A DNA stretch of 64,000 nucleotides from an uncultured Aequorivita sp. (GCA_964431895.1 CAYSLM010000001.1:792-64791); one strand, 5' to 3'. Shown: positions 37,393 through 47,902, numbered from the stretch's first letter. The notes: a model not told the origin generated them from the sequence alone. Made by a program: numbers and translations.

Positions 37393-38594
37393 TAGGCTTC
37401 TTTTGAAAATATCACCGTGGAACAGTTGCCGCCAAAACCAAGCGAATTTGACAAGACCGTAGCCAATTTCTTCTGTTTCAGCTCGGTTTGTGGAAGTAGG
37501 CAAAATTCCTTCATCGGGGTTTTAAAGTTCAGGTTGGGGAAAATCAAGTTGTTCTGCAGAGCCAAGACTGAATATACGGCCTCAATAGCTCCGGCGGCGG
37601 CCAGGGTATGGCCGGTAAACGCTTTGGTAGAGCTGAATTCGGGTACCTGATCCCCAAAAACCCGCAGAATGGCACGCCCCTCCGAAACATCATTATTACC
37701 CGTAGCCGTGCCGTGGGCGTTGATGTAATCTATTTCCGATGGCTTTAATTGGGCTACCTTCAAGGCTTTTTCCATAGCCAAGGTGGCGCCATCCCCGTGG
37801 TCCGACGAGGCGGTTTGGTGAAAGGCATCATTGGCATTGCCATAGCCCTTTACATAGGCCAGTACTTTTTTGTTTTCGGCCTTTATTACCTGGTCGCTCT
37901 CCAAAACAAGGTAGGCAGCGCCCTCGCCCAGGTTGAGCCCTTTCCGGTTTTCGTCAAAAGGCGTGCTGTACGTATCGCTGAGGATCATCAAAGTCTTGAA
38001 CCCATTGATGGTGAATTTTGAAAGACAATCGGCACCGCCCACCAATACACGGTCCAACTTCCCCGACCTTATTAAGCGCGCGCCCAACATAATAGCATTG
38101 GCCGCCGAGGAGCAGGCCGTGCTTATGGTGGTTACCAAACTCTCCTCTATTCCCAACTGTTCGGCAATCTTTTGGGTGGAATCACCGGCGTGGTGGCTCT
38201 CTATATACTTTTGCAGGGGTTTTTCGGTAAGGTATTCGTAATAATATTTTTCGGTCATATCCATCCCGCCCACGCTGGTCCCTGAAACAATTCCGGTTTT
38301 GTATTTTGCCATGTCGGTGATTCCCGCATCGGCTATGGCTTCCTGTGCGGCAATGGCGCCGAGCATGGCCGTTCTGGAATAGTTATTTTCAGGGGGAAGG
38401 TTAAGCCGGGCGATAAGTTCCTGATTGGTCATCTTAATCTCTCCCACCATAATTTCGTCACGATGTACGGTGGCCACGTGATCCACACGGGTAATCCCTT
38501 TTTTTGGGGCAATAAGCGCCTCAAAATTTTCCGCTACATTGTTGCCAATGGCAGAAATAATGCCCATTCCGGTTATGGCTACGCCTTTGCTCAT
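37392..38594 (-). CDS. Beta-ketoacyl-ACP synthase
   Basis: STACSS, NAHGTAT, GHTLAAAG, SLGFGG. Confidence 0.95.
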   Translation of the reverse strand: MSKGVAITGMGIISAIGNNVAENFEALIAPKKGITRVDHVATVHRDEIMVGEIKMTNQELIARLNLPPENNYSRTAMLGAIAAQEAIADAGITDMAKYKTGIVSGTSVGGMDMTEKYYYEYLTEKPLQKYIESHHAGDSTQKIAEQLGIEESLVTTISTACSSAANAIMLGARLIRSGKLDRVLVGGADCLSKFTINGFKTLMILSDTYSTPFDENRKGLNLGEGAAYLVLESDQVIKAENKKVLAYVKGYGNANDAFHQTASSDHGDGATLAMEKALKVAQLKPSEIDYINAHGTATGNNDVSEGRAILRVFGDQVPEFSSTKAFTGHTLAAAGAIEAVYSVLALQNNLIFPNLNFKTPMKEFCLLPQTELKQKKLATVLSNSLGFGGNCSTVIFSKEA

Positions 38595-38631
38595 TTAATT
38601 ATTGGGAATTGTGTGACTATTCTATAAGGTC

Positions 38632-38717
38632 TCGACTGCACTTTGGCTGCACTTCGACTGCACTTCGACTGCGCTCAGTGTGACACGCTCAGTGTGACAG
38701 ACTCTGTGTGACAGGCT
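38632..38717. repeat. REP-like unit expanded into 11-bp x4 and 14-bp x3 tandem arrays
   Basis: tcgactgcact/ttggctgcact/tcgactgcact/tcgactgcgct then gctcagtgtgacac/gctcagtgtgacag/actctgtgtgacag. Confidence 0.85.
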
Positions 38718-38751
38718 TGGAATGCTGCCCGCAGCCCGATATTTCAAAAAT

Positions 38752-39009
38752 TTATTTGGTGCGGTGCGCTTCAATATAATCGGCCATGACCTGTACCGAT
38801 TCAAAAATCTTCCTTCCTTCCTTGGGGTCGCTCAAGCGGATGCCGTAATCCTTGTCGAGCATTACGATAAGCTCCAGAGCATCAATGGAATCAAGGCCCA
38901 GGCCGTCGCCAAAGAGGGGGTCGTCATCGGCAATTTCCTCCACGGAAACATCCTCAAGGTTCAGTTGTTCAATAATCTTCGCTTTCAGTTCTTCTTTCAA
39001 TTCGCTCAT
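38752..39009 (-). CDS. Acyl carrier protein
   Basis: GLGLDSIDALE phosphopantetheine site. Confidence 0.95.
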   Translation of the reverse strand: MSELKEELKAKIIEQLNLEDVSVEEIADDDPLFGDGLGLDSIDALELIVMLDKDYGIRLSDPKEGRKIFESVQVMADYIEAHRTK

Positions 39010-39638
39010 AATGTATTGTATAATCTGTTTATTTCTTCAGTTTTATGTTCAATTCCGCCTTTGTTTCCCACTAAATAGAGAAATGCTTCGTAGCTTTCGG
39101 CATCGAGATCTACCCAGCCGCAGAGCACTTTTTCGGCTTTGCCATTTTGCAACAAACTATTGGCATACAGCTGAAAATGTTCGGCGTTGAAGCGGTCAAA
39201 GATAAAAAAACTATTTTCAGAAAATAGCCTGTGCCTTATACTTATCTCACCCAGGCAAATATTGGGCAGGGTGTACACAAAAACCGCCGGACTGGGGAAG
39301 TATTCCGCCTTATTTTCAATGGTAGCTTGGTGCTTGCGGTCCGTATCCAGACTGGAAGCCCTGTTGGCAAACACCAGGGCGATATTGTTTTCATCCTCCC
39401 CCAAATTTTCTTTTTTCAGCAATACGTCGGCGGCCAGAAATGCGAGCTTGCTGAGGTTGTCCATTTTAAAAAACTTGGAATAATCGGTTTGCAGAAATTT
39501 GTACGCTCCTTTGATAAAGGTTGAAAAATCTTCCGCTCCCCTCGCTTCCGAAGCATCTTCAAAAATAATTTTTCCATCTACCGAAATGGCGTGGTCCTTA
39601 ATATGGCAATAGCTTGTTATGTAATATTTTTCGGCCAA
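39006..39638 (-). CDS. Truncated ketosynthase-like protein (CLF partner)
   Basis: FFKMDNLSKL, PSPAVFVYTLPNI; start moved to TTG 39638. Confidence 0.8.
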   Translation of the reverse strand: MAEKYYITSYCHIKDHAISVDGKIIFEDASEARGAEDFSTFIKGAYKFLQTDYSKFFKMDNLSKLAFLAADVLLKKENLGEDENNIALVFANRASSLDTDRKHQATIENKAEYFPSPAVFVYTLPNICLGEISIRHRLFSENSFFIFDRFNAEHFQLYANSLLQNGKAEKVLCGWVDLDAESYEAFLYLVGNKGGIEHKTEEINRLYNTL

Positions 39639-39642
39639 AACA

Positions 39643-40710
39643 TTATTTCTTTCCGCAGACCAACATGGTGTGGTATTCGCCCAAAGCAACATCTTCTTTC
39701 ACTCTTAAGCCTGCCTGGTCTATCAATTTCATAAATACGCTGGAGGCATACATCTTACTGTTGCCATTGGCCAGCACCGTAAAATAGAGGGAGGTAGCTT
39801 CCAAAATAAACTGCGAGGCCCGAAAGGCCTGCCTATCGGTAAAGGTTTCCACGATCACCAATTCGGCGTCGTCATCCATCGAGGCGGTGCAGGTGGTCAA
39901 TATTTTAACGATTTCCTCTTCGGAAAAGCAGTCCAGAAACTGGCACATCCAGATAAGGTCGGCCCCGGTGGGAATCTGTGGGTTTTCTGAAAGCCAATCA
40001 ATGGCGTGCCCGGCAATCCTGTCTTGGAACCCGTGGGCCTCGGCATTGGCCTTCGCCATTTGCAACTGCCCGGGAAGGTCAACTATGGTAACGTTTACCT
40101 CCTCGTCAAAGGCGCAGCATTTCAGCGAAAATTTGCCCGTATTGCCGCCCACATCAAAAAGGTTTTTTGGTTTTCTTTCAAAAATGCGATCCAGGGCTTC
40201 CTCAAAAATATCGTCGGAATAATGGTGGTCAAAATCAAACCACGACTGCTGTTCCACGGGGTTTAACTGTGACAGGCCCTCATAGATGGTTTTCCATTTC
40301 CCAAGTTCCTTGAGCCCCTCCGGCTTGCCGTTTTTTATGGAATCCTTCAGATGGAAAAGGCCTTTATAGCACACATCATTCGCAAAATTGAGATTTACTC
40401 CAGCCGTAGTGTTGTAGTTGAGAAAATAGCCCACCTTTGTCAATTCATACCGGCCTTGGGCATCTTTTGATACAATATCGGAAGTTTCGGCTATTTCCAG
40501 CAAAACCCCTACCCCATAGGGCGTGAGCGATAGTTCGCGTGAAATTTCGGCGGCGGTTGGGCCGCCATCCTGGCGCTGGTCAAAAATATAATCGAGGATA
40601 CCCAGTTTGCGCAGCGATACCGAAGCTTGAAATACAAAAGGGGCAAAGGCAATGCGATGGGCTTCTTCCAAAGCCTCAACGGCATTCATTTTTTTGGTTG
40701 CACTTGACAT
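39643..40710 (-). CDS. SAM-dependent methyltransferase with dimerisation domain
   Basis: LFDVGGNTG, IVDLP, WMCQFLDCF. Confidence 0.9.
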   Translation of the reverse strand: MSSATKKMNAVEALEEAHRIAFAPFVFQASVSLRKLGILDYIFDQRQDGGPTAAEISRELSLTPYGVGVLLEIAETSDIVSKDAQGRYELTKVGYFLNYNTTAGVNLNFANDVCYKGLFHLKDSIKNGKPEGLKELGKWKTIYEGLSQLNPVEQQSWFDFDHHYSDDIFEEALDRIFERKPKNLFDVGGNTGKFSLKCCAFDEEVNVTIVDLPGQLQMAKANAEAHGFQDRIAGHAIDWLSENPQIPTGADLIWMCQFLDCFSEEEIVKILTTCTASMDDDAELVIVETFTDRQAFRASQFILEATSLYFTVLANGNSKMYASSVFMKLIDQAGLRVKEDVALGEYHTMLVCGKK

Positions 40711-40721
40711 TTTATAGTTGG

Positions 40722-41870
40722 TTAGATGTTTATTTTTTTAAGAATTACCGCGGTATTGCACCCCCCAAAACCGGAGGCCGTTTTTAAAAACACCCGTAAG
40801 TCTTTTGGTGAATTCTGTTTAATGATATGGAGCTTTTTTGAGACCCCAAGGTCGGAAAAACCCTTGGAAGAAAAAAGTAAATTTTTCCGCACAGCGTGCA
40901 TTCCTACAATGGTTTCCAACAGGCCCGAAGCACCCAGGGTATGGCCAAAATAGCCTTTTAGACTGTTGAGCGGTACCTGCTCCATTCCCAAACGGTTAAA
41001 GGCGATGGCCTCCATCTCGTCGTTAAACGGAGTGGCCGTGCCGTGGGCAGCTATATAATCTATCTGTGAGGCATCGAGATGGGCTTCTTTCAAGGCGGCC
41101 TTTACACTTCGGAAAAGCCCTTCGCCCGTGCGGGACGGACCCGAAATATGGTTGGCGTCGTTACAGGTGGCATCGCCCAAGATTTCAACCGCTTCATCGG
41201 CAAGGTTTTCTTCGGAAGAAGTAACCAACGCACTGGCGGCCACTTCGCCCAGATTGATGCCCGTACGGTCCTTGTCATAAGGCCGGCAGGGATCTTCGGA
41301 AAGCGCCTGGAACGAATGGAAGCCGGAAAGGATAAAAGGCGTAACCAGATCGCCACTGGTGATGAAAACGTGGTCATACTTGCCCTCGGCAATGAACCGC
41401 TTGGCTACCGAAATGGCCAATACCCCCGAAACACAGGCGTTTGAAAGCACAATGGGCTCGTTCTTAAACCCAAAGAAATGCTGGACGGTTTTTCCCAATT
41501 CGCCCAAATAAGCGCGACTTTCTGGGAAGTTGCTTTCTTTTTCAAACACATCGATGTTGCCCTTGGTGGTTGAAACGATGAGCCCGACCATTCCATTTAG
41601 TGGGATTTGGGCCGCCTCGATCACATTTTGCAGCGACAGGATCATCATCTGTTCCAGCTTGGTATATTTCTGGGCATCGCCAAAATTGGAGAATGCCTTG
41701 CTTATTTCTTCCGAAGCGATCAAGGAGGCGCAGAAGGGCTGGGGCAAAAGTGCCAGATCGGTATGTTTTTCGAGACCCGATTTTCCTTTGGCGATAGCAT
41801 CGATCACCACCGCGCTCCCAAAGCCCAGATTGCTGAAAATATTGTTATGTGATAGATAGGTTTTCGACAT
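40722..41870 (-). CDS. Beta-ketoacyl-ACP synthase
   Basis: SNACVSG, AHGTAT, GHTLGASG, SGFGG. Confidence 0.92.
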   Translation of the reverse strand: MSKTYLSHNNIFSNLGFGSAVVIDAIAKGKSGLEKHTDLALLPQPFCASLIASEEISKAFSNFGDAQKYTKLEQMMILSLQNVIEAAQIPLNGMVGLIVSTTKGNIDVFEKESNFPESRAYLGELGKTVQHFFGFKNEPIVLSNACVSGVLAISVAKRFIAEGKYDHVFITSGDLVTPFILSGFHSFQALSEDPCRPYDKDRTGINLGEVAASALVTSSEENLADEAVEILGDATCNDANHISGPSRTGEGLFRSVKAALKEAHLDASQIDYIAAHGTATPFNDEMEAIAFNRLGMEQVPLNSLKGYFGHTLGASGLLETIVGMHAVRKNLLFSSKGFSDLGVSKKLHIIKQNSPKDLRVFLKTASGFGGCNTAVILKKINI

Positions 41871-41873
41871 CGG

Positions 41874-42302
41874 TTACAGTCCCATTTTCTTTTTCCATTC
41901 CACAAAAAAGTCTGGCGGGGTCAAGGAAAGCTCGCCTTCTTCATTCAAAAATACCTGGATGGTTTCGCCCAAACAGACCAACCTGCCCTTGGGGTCGAAG
42001 ATGCGGTATTGAAAAATCATCTTGGCCGCGGCCGAATTGACAAATGTGGTTTTGATGGTAGCCACATCGCCGTAACGCAGGGGCAATTTGTGCTCGCAGG
42101 ACGATTTTACGATGGGCGAGGTATAGCCGTGGGCCTTTTGCTCCAGATAGGAAATACCGTGCTCCCGCCCAAAGGCTTCGCGCCCGTCCTCAAAATACTG
42201 AATGTAGTTGCCGTGCCACACAATGCCCAACGGATCGGTTTCGGTAAACCGCACCCTGATTTCTGATGTGAAGCTTATTTCCTTGGTTTGGTCAGACGGC
42301 AT
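41874..42302 (-). CDS. Acyl-CoA thioesterase (4HBT hot-dog)
   Basis: VRFTETDPLGIVWHGNY..YFEDGR. Confidence 0.92.
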   Translation of the reverse strand: MPSDQTKEISFTSEIRVRFTETDPLGIVWHGNYIQYFEDGREAFGREHGISYLEQKAHGYTSPIVKSSCEHKLPLRYGDVATIKTTFVNSAAAKMIFQYRIFDPKGRLVCLGETIQVFLNEEGELSLTPPDFFVEWKKKMGL

Positions 42303-43578
42303 GCTTGCGCTGGTTATAAATTATTGAAATAATAACGGTCGTGAGGAAGAACAGCAATAATAATAAAATTTCGGGAAGTATTTGGGCAATTCCCACATTT
42401 CTTAAAAACACGTCGTAAAATGCCTCAAGGCCCCAGTTCATGGGGGAAATTTTGGAGAGCAACTGCATAAATTCGGGCATCACGAAAACGGGTACCCACA
42501 CCCCTCCAATGGCCGCCAAAATAACGATCAAAATAGAGCCAAAGGGCGCGGCCTGTTCTTGGGTTTTGGCAATGGTGCCCAGCAATAGCCCCAGGCCTAT
42601 GGCCGCCAGCCCCGAAAAGAATGCTACCAGGTACAATACGGGCAATTTGCCGGAAATATCAATCTTGGGCAGGCCCATTAGGGGGAAGAGCAAGAGCCCC
42701 ACCAACAACATCAAACTGAACTGAATAAGGCAGACCACCAGATATACCAGCGTTTTTCCGCCAAGCACCGTGGCATAGGATACCGGTTGGGTACGCAGCC
42801 GCACAAAGGTGCCTTGGTTTTTTTCCTTTACCAGATTGATGGCCAGCGGTACAATGATAAAGAATATGGCAAAGAGGGTCCAGGCCGGCACGTTGTGTTG
42901 GGCCGAGTTGGGGATGATCTCCCGGTTGTTTTTGGTGGGCAGGATTTCCTTAAAGGCGATAAAGCTTTCAGTGTCAAAAATCGGTTCGGCATCTGCGCCG
43001 TCGAGGTTATCATCCTCGCCCAGTTCTAGCTGGAAAGCCCTGTATATGCTTTGGCTTTCAATTTTTGAAATCATCTTGTCAATCCCATTTTTTACCGATG
43101 ATTTAAAACTGTGCTGGGTGGCGGGGTCAAAATAAAGGCGCACTTCCTTTTGCGGAATGGTTTCCTTGCTTTTGGAAATGCTATCCTCCTCCAATCCAAA
43201 TCTTGAGAGAATTCCCTCCACGTTTTGATCTACTTTTTTTTGAAGGGAATTGGAAAGATTCTCGGGAATAACGATGGCAAGCTGATATTTTCCGGTAAAG
43301 ACCGCCTCCTTCGCCTCTTCTTCTGAATCTTTTAGCAGAATTTCAAAAGAATTGGACTCCGAAAGATTTTCGAGTATGTTTTTGGAAACCTCGCCCCCGT
43401 CTTTATCTACCAAAAGTACCGGGATGGCCACATCGCTAATGGTCTTGAAGGTACTGTCCTGCACCAGCGTAATGACCACCAAAAGCAGGATGGGCATGAT
43501 AAAGAGGATGGCAATTCCGCCCAGGTCGCGAAGGAGGAGGAGCATTTCCTTATATGTTGACGCCCAGAGTTTATGCAT
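42292..43578 (-). CDS. ABC-2 type exporter permease
   Basis: KEMLLLLRD, EKNQGTFVRL, GGVWVP..MP, SPMNW; start moved to ATG 43578. Confidence 0.92.
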   Translation of the reverse strand: MHKLWASTYKEMLLLLRDLGGIAILFIMPILLLVVITLVQDSTFKTISDVAIPVLLVDKDGGEVSKNILENLSESNSFEILLKDSEEEAKEAVFTGKYQLAIVIPENLSNSLQKKVDQNVEGILSRFGLEEDSISKSKETIPQKEVRLYFDPATQHSFKSSVKNGIDKMISKIESQSIYRAFQLELGEDDNLDGADAEPIFDTESFIAFKEILPTKNNREIIPNSAQHNVPAWTLFAIFFIIVPLAINLVKEKNQGTFVRLRTQPVSYATVLGGKTLVYLVVCLIQFSLMLLVGLLLFPLMGLPKIDISGKLPVLYLVAFFSGLAAIGLGLLLGTIAKTQEQAAPFGSILIVILAAIGGVWVPVFVMPEFMQLLSKISPMNWGLEAFYDVFLRNVGIAQILPEILLLLLFFLTTVIISIIYNQRKHAV

Positions 43579-44314
43579 AGTCGCGAAGGGCTTTACCGGT
43601 TTTTGCCAAGAATACATCTTCCAAATTGTGGGCACCGGTTTCGTTTTTAACCAATTGGGAAGGGATGCCTTTTACGATGATCTCCCCCTTGTCAATAATA
43701 GCCACGTGGGTACAGAAAAATTCGGCCTCATTCAGGTGGTGCGAGGTGTAAACTATGGTGGTTCCGTTTTGGTTGAGCTGCTTTAAGTAATTGATGATCA
43801 CGTTTTTTGACTGCACATCGACCCCAACGGTGGGTTCGTCCAAAAAAAGGACTTTGGGCCGGTGCAGAATACCGGCAATTAAATTGATGCGGCGTTTCAT
43901 TCCGCCGGAAAAGGTGGCGGTTTTCTTGTGGGCAAATTTGGAAAGGCCCATGATCTCCAAATGCTCGTCTATTGCGTTTTTTAGATATTCCCCTTTCAAT
44001 CCATACATACTGCCGAAATAGTGCAGATTTTCATAGGCCGTAAGCGTGGGGTACAGCGCATATTCCTGCGGCACTATGCCTATCAATTGCTTTAGCTGGG
44101 TTTTGTGTTCCTTAAAATTGAGGCCGTTTATGGTGAACGAACCCGAAGTTGGCCTCAAGAGGGAGGTAAGCATGGAAATAAGTGTGGTTTTTCCCGCCCC
44201 ATTTGGGCCGAGCAGGCCATAGATTTCGCCGTCTTCCACTTTCAGACTGAGGTCTTTTACCGAAAATTCATCGGCGCCTTTGTATTTTTTTGAAAGTTGG
44301 TTTATCTGTATCAT
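43571..44314 (-). CDS. ABC transporter ATP-binding protein
   Basis: GPNGAGKT, FSGGMKRR, LFLDEPT, TSH. Confidence 0.95.
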   Translation of the reverse strand: MIQINQLSKKYKGADEFSVKDLSLKVEDGEIYGLLGPNGAGKTTLISMLTSLLRPTSGSFTINGLNFKEHKTQLKQLIGIVPQEYALYPTLTAYENLHYFGSMYGLKGEYLKNAIDEHLEIMGLSKFAHKKTATFSGGMKRRINLIAGILHRPKVLFLDEPTVGVDVQSKNVIINYLKQLNQNGTTIVYTSHHLNEAEFFCTHVAIIDKGEIIVKGIPSQLVKNETGAHNLEDVFLAKTGKALRDYA

Positions 44315-44408
44315 GGTCCTCCCAAATTCTCGCAAGAAGCATTTAATATTTATAAATAAAATTCCTCCCTTTCAAAATTATTTTAAAAGTGCGAATTCCT
44401 TCCATCCA

Positions 44409-45419
44409 TTATTTAATAGCTTTTTTGAGCTTCTTAAAAAACACCTTTTCCAGATCGGCTATATGGTCCAGTTGGTCGGCCACTTTGTTGTAACTATCTA
44501 CTTGGGCGCTTCGGTTTTTATAGATTCGGGAGGCCTGCAGGGCAAAATCACGCCACAGGTCGCCAATTTCGGTCATTTCCTTGGAGAGTTCCAGCAGCTT
44601 TTCATTGTGTAACATTTTTCCGGCTTCCTGCAGAAAAGCCGCATAGATATAGCGGAAACCGCCGCCGCCAGTACCAATCTCCTCCTGCATGCGCACCACT
44701 TGGCCCAGATAATGGTTGGCAGTTTTTATACCTTTTTTCTTCGGCCATTTGCGAATTAGACCGGCGATTTTATGGATTCCCTTCACCCCTACATAAGGAA
44801 CGGGTGCCAGCATGGTCTTGCAGGTATCCTTTATTCCCTTGATAATGGCCGCTTCAAGTTCCAGAGTTTTCGGAAAGGAAATAGGATAGTACATATGCCC
44901 CTTTGGCGCAAAGGCGCCTTTGGCAAAACGCACCTTTTCCAGCTCCTTTTCCGAAAGGGAAGTCACCTCCTCCATCACCGGATCACTGATCAAGTAGCGG
45001 TTGCCTTCCTTGCCAAATACTACCATATTGTGGGCATTAAAGTGAAAGCGGTATTCATCGGGAAAGTAGAGCAGGTTGTACACGCCCACCTGAAGGCCCA
45101 CGGGATTGTTTTTCTCAAGGTTCTCATCCAGTCGCTTTTGGGCTTCTTTTGGCTTTTTAAACTTTTCGCGCTTCATCTTGACGCCGGTGCGCTTGGCAAA
45201 TTTCTTGAAAATATGTCCGGGCAGGGCGCGATAGGTGATTACCGGCGCATGGTTTACCTTCAACAAGGGAATATAGCAGAACAGCAGGCCGCTGCCAATG
45301 CCAAAGACCATGGGCTCGCTCACCCTAAACCCGTTGTGCTTCATCAGGTTTGAGACTACGCCATTTTCACAGTGCGCAGATTGGTGATGGGTAAAATCAA
45401 TGACAGTTTCGGGCTTCAA
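44409..45419 (-). CDS. BtrH-like (papain/C39-fold) protein
   Basis: HHQSAHCE (Cys), FNAHN (His), ISDP (Asp), GTGGGGFR; start inferred at TTG 45419. Confidence 0.82.
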   Translation of the reverse strand: MKPETVIDFTHHQSAHCENGVVSNLMKHNGFRVSEPMVFGIGSGLLFCYIPLLKVNHAPVITYRALPGHIFKKFAKRTGVKMKREKFKKPKEAQKRLDENLEKNNPVGLQVGVYNLLYFPDEYRFHFNAHNMVVFGKEGNRYLISDPVMEEVTSLSEKELEKVRFAKGAFAPKGHMYYPISFPKTLELEAAIIKGIKDTCKTMLAPVPYVGVKGIHKIAGLIRKWPKKKGIKTANHYLGQVVRMQEEIGTGGGGFRYIYAAFLQEAGKMLHNEKLLELSKEMTEIGDLWRDFALQASRIYKNRSAQVDSYNKVADQLDHIADLEKVFFKKLKKAIK

Positions 45420-45471
45420 GTTTTTGTGTTTTTTAAATTTTCGGTTTAGGTTGTTTCGGCTTCGCTTCGGG

Positions 45472-45870
45472 CTATTCAATCTGTTTGAGTTCCTCTACTG
45501 AAATGTCAAACACTTCGGCATATTTCTTAAGTATTCTTTGGCTCAACTTCTTAAATACTGAAGGCTTAAAGTGCCGTTTTACCCGCCATTGCCACATACC
45601 CACATAGCTTGCCAAGATGCCCACGTCCATTTTGTGGAGCTCCATATAATATTCAATGGGGCTGGTCTTGCCCGCCAGCACACGGGTTTTGGCATCGGCT
45701 ATGCGCTGGTTTATCTCTTCAATGGCATTGTTGAGCGCGGCCGTCTTTGGCTCCCAGCCGGTGCTGTTTTGGGTGGTGTATTCGCCATTTTCATCAACGG
45801 CATAGCACAGCTCGCGGAAATTGGCCGATTCCAGATTGCTTTTGTCCTGTGGTACTTCTTCCTTCTTCAT
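45472..45870 (-). CDS. Hypothetical protein with XRE/Cro-like C-terminus
   Basis: MDVGILASYVGM..WRVKRH...ILKKYAEVFDISVEEL. Confidence 0.75.
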   Translation of the reverse strand: MKKEEVPQDKSNLESANFRELCYAVDENGEYTTQNSTGWEPKTAALNNAIEEINQRIADAKTRVLAGKTSPIEYYMELHKMDVGILASYVGMWQWRVKRHFKPSVFKKLSQRILKKYAEVFDISVEELKQIE

Positions 45871-45872
45871 GA

Positions 45873-46331
45873 TCAGACTTCGTGTATTAAAAAATTCATG
45901 GTAGAAGATACAATTAATTCTTTATTGAGAAAGGTTTCAGCATCAAAACTACACATGGTAACCGCACCCATATCTACCCGCGAAAGCAGCCTTGCCTTGG
46001 TAAGAATGGTATCCTTTATTTTCGGAAGTCGAAAAATCTCAACTTTTTTTATGGCGCTAATGTAGCCCACGAGTTTGTTGCCGCTTCCATCCATATCGTC
46101 TTTTTCAAAGAAGCTTTGCCCCACCACACCCGTAGCCGTTTGGGCAATGTTTTCTATGAGCCCGGATTCGGAGAGTTTGCCGTCCGCCACAAAAATACAA
46201 CCATCGGTAATGTGGAATTGGGTGGTGACCGAGTGCTCGTCAATTTCCAATACCGAAGAAACCATGAGCATGGGTGCACGGTGCGGCAAATAGTTGGAAA
46301 CGTCTATGTTTGAAAGATCCGTGTTTTTCAT
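45873..46331 (-). CDS. Hot-dog dehydratase-like protein
   Basis: LPHRAPMLMV, GLIENIAQT. Confidence 0.85.
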   Translation of the reverse strand: MKNTDLSNIDVSNYLPHRAPMLMVSSVLEIDEHSVTTQFHITDGCIFVADGKLSESGLIENIAQTATGVVGQSFFEKDDMDGSGNKLVGYISAIKKVEIFRLPKIKDTILTKARLLSRVDMGAVTMCSFDAETFLNKELIVSSTMNFLIHEV

Positions 46332-46768
46332 GTATTGGCCAATACGGTTTTCATTTCGCTGGTGGCAATTAGCTTTCCATCACATTCCGTCTTTACGTTG
46401 ACCAAGGTCACTCCCATAATATCGTGCAGCACGTTTACTGTGGTGGTCAAATTGCTGCCTATGGCCGGAAGCTCGTGTATTTCGGCCTTCTTTATGGCCC
46501 CAATATAACCCACGGGGGCTGGCTCTTTTTTCAGAAAAAATTGATAGCCGGTATAAAGTGCGACCGTTTGGGCCATATGTTCTATCAGCCCGGGTGCCGT
46601 AAATTGGTTGTTGTGCGAAAGAATATTCGCTTCCAAAACCGTCAACCCGGCCACTACTTTTTTATCTTCAAAATGAAGGAGCTTGTCTACCATAACAAAC
46701 GGCGGCCGCTGCGGGATCAAGTTGCCGATGAAATCCTGGTCCGTTATTTTATGGGTAAAACCGTCCAT
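46328..46768 (-). CDS. Hot-dog dehydratase-like protein
   Basis: IPQRPPFVMVD, GLIEHMAQT. Confidence 0.85.
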   Translation of the reverse strand: MDGFTHKITDQDFIGNLIPQRPPFVMVDKLLHFEDKKVVAGLTVLEANILSHNNQFTAPGLIEHMAQTVALYTGYQFFLKKEPAPVGYIGAIKKAEIHELPAIGSNLTTTVNVLHDIMGVTLVNVKTECDGKLIATSEMKTVLANT

Positions 46769-47902
46769 TCAAACAACAGTTAGGTAGGCATAGGCATAGG
46801 CAAATCGTGCACTCTCGGGCACCTGGAGAAAAATCCTGTCGCCCTTTTTTAGCTTTCCGGAATGTACCAATTCCTCCAACATCAAATATATGGAACCGGC
46901 ACCCACATTGCCCACTTTTTGCAGGTTTAAAAACCATTTTTCCCACGGAAGGTGCAGGCCTTGGCGCTCAATTTCGTTATAAAGGTTTTCCTTGAAATAA
47001 TAGGAAGAGATATGGGGCAGATAATAATCTATGTCGTCTTCGGTAATGTTGTGTTTGGCCAGGGCATCCTTCATGCTTTCCACGCCTTTTCGGAGAATAT
47101 TTTCGCCCAGCAGCTTCACGTCCTGTTTCATGGCGAAAAGTGACATTTTTCCCCACTCATCGGCCGGATATTCGCTCCAGGGTTTTAGGCTGCCGTCGGC
47201 CTGTTTTTCGCCTCCGGCATACATGCAGGTTTCCAGTTCATGGGCATAACTATAGGCCTCCATCCACTCAATTCTCAAGGGGGTATCGCCCTTTGGTTCA
47301 CTTTCCAAAAGGACAGCCCCTGCGCCGTCGGAGAGCATCCAGCGCAAAAACTCCTTGTTGAAGCCCAAGATGGGATTGGCCTCTACCTGTTGGAGGTGGG
47401 CCACCTCATCTTCAAAAATTTCGGCCCTCATCCAGGACGAAGTACGTTCAGAACCTGTGCAGACGGCGTTGTTTACCTGGCCCGATTTTACGGCCATAAA
47501 ACCATATTTTAGAGCGTTCATCCCACTGCAGCAAGCGCCTGAGGGCGAATTGACCTCGAGATTGCCGTTTTTCAAAAATCCGTGGACCATGGAGGCGTGG
47601 CTGGGCATGATCTGGTCTGGACTTGAAGTGCCGCAAGAAAGCAGCTCAATCTGCTCCTTTTTAAAAGTATCATCGCACAGGGCATTTACCGCCTCTGCAG
47701 CCAATTGGGCATTGTTATGGGTCACGTTGCCATCCTTATCAATGGCGTAGTAACGCGTTTTTATCTGGTTGTTCCGAAGGATTAGGCGGCGTGCCTTTGA
47801 GGTTTTACCGTTGATAACACCCAGTTTTTCCTCCATGGCCTCATTGCCTACCGGCTCATTGGGCAAAAACTTGGCAACTCTTGTAATATAAACATTCTTC
47901 AT
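46769..47902 (-). CDS. darB: DarB-type ketosynthase III
   Basis: SGACCSG, FLRWMLSDGAGA, PHISS, GNVGAGS, VPESARF; adjacent to darA. Confidence 0.9.
   Translation of the reverse strand: MKNVYITRVAKFLPNEPVGNEAMEEKLGVINGKTSKARRLILRNNQIKTRYYAIDKDGNVTHNNAQLAAEAVNALCDDTFKKEQIELLSCGTSSPDQIMPSHASMVHGFLKNGNLEVNSPSGACCSGMNALKYGFMAVKSGQVNNAVCTGSERTSSWMRAEIFEDEVAHLQQVEANPILGFNKEFLRWMLSDGAGAVLLESEPKGDTPLRIEWMEAYSYAHELETCMYAGGEKQADGSLKPWSEYPADEWGKMSLFAMKQDVKLLGENILRKGVESMKDALAKHNITEDDIDYYLPHISSYYFKENLYNEIERQGLHLPWEKWFLNLQKVGNVGAGSIYLMLEELVHSGKLKKGDRIFLQVPESARFAYAYAYLTVV

Noticed and set aside
38622-38804. 60-aa ORF over the repeat, or a mini CRISPR array
   Set aside because: The units are contiguous 11- and 14-mers without unique spacers, there are no cas genes, and the ORF is just translated repeat.
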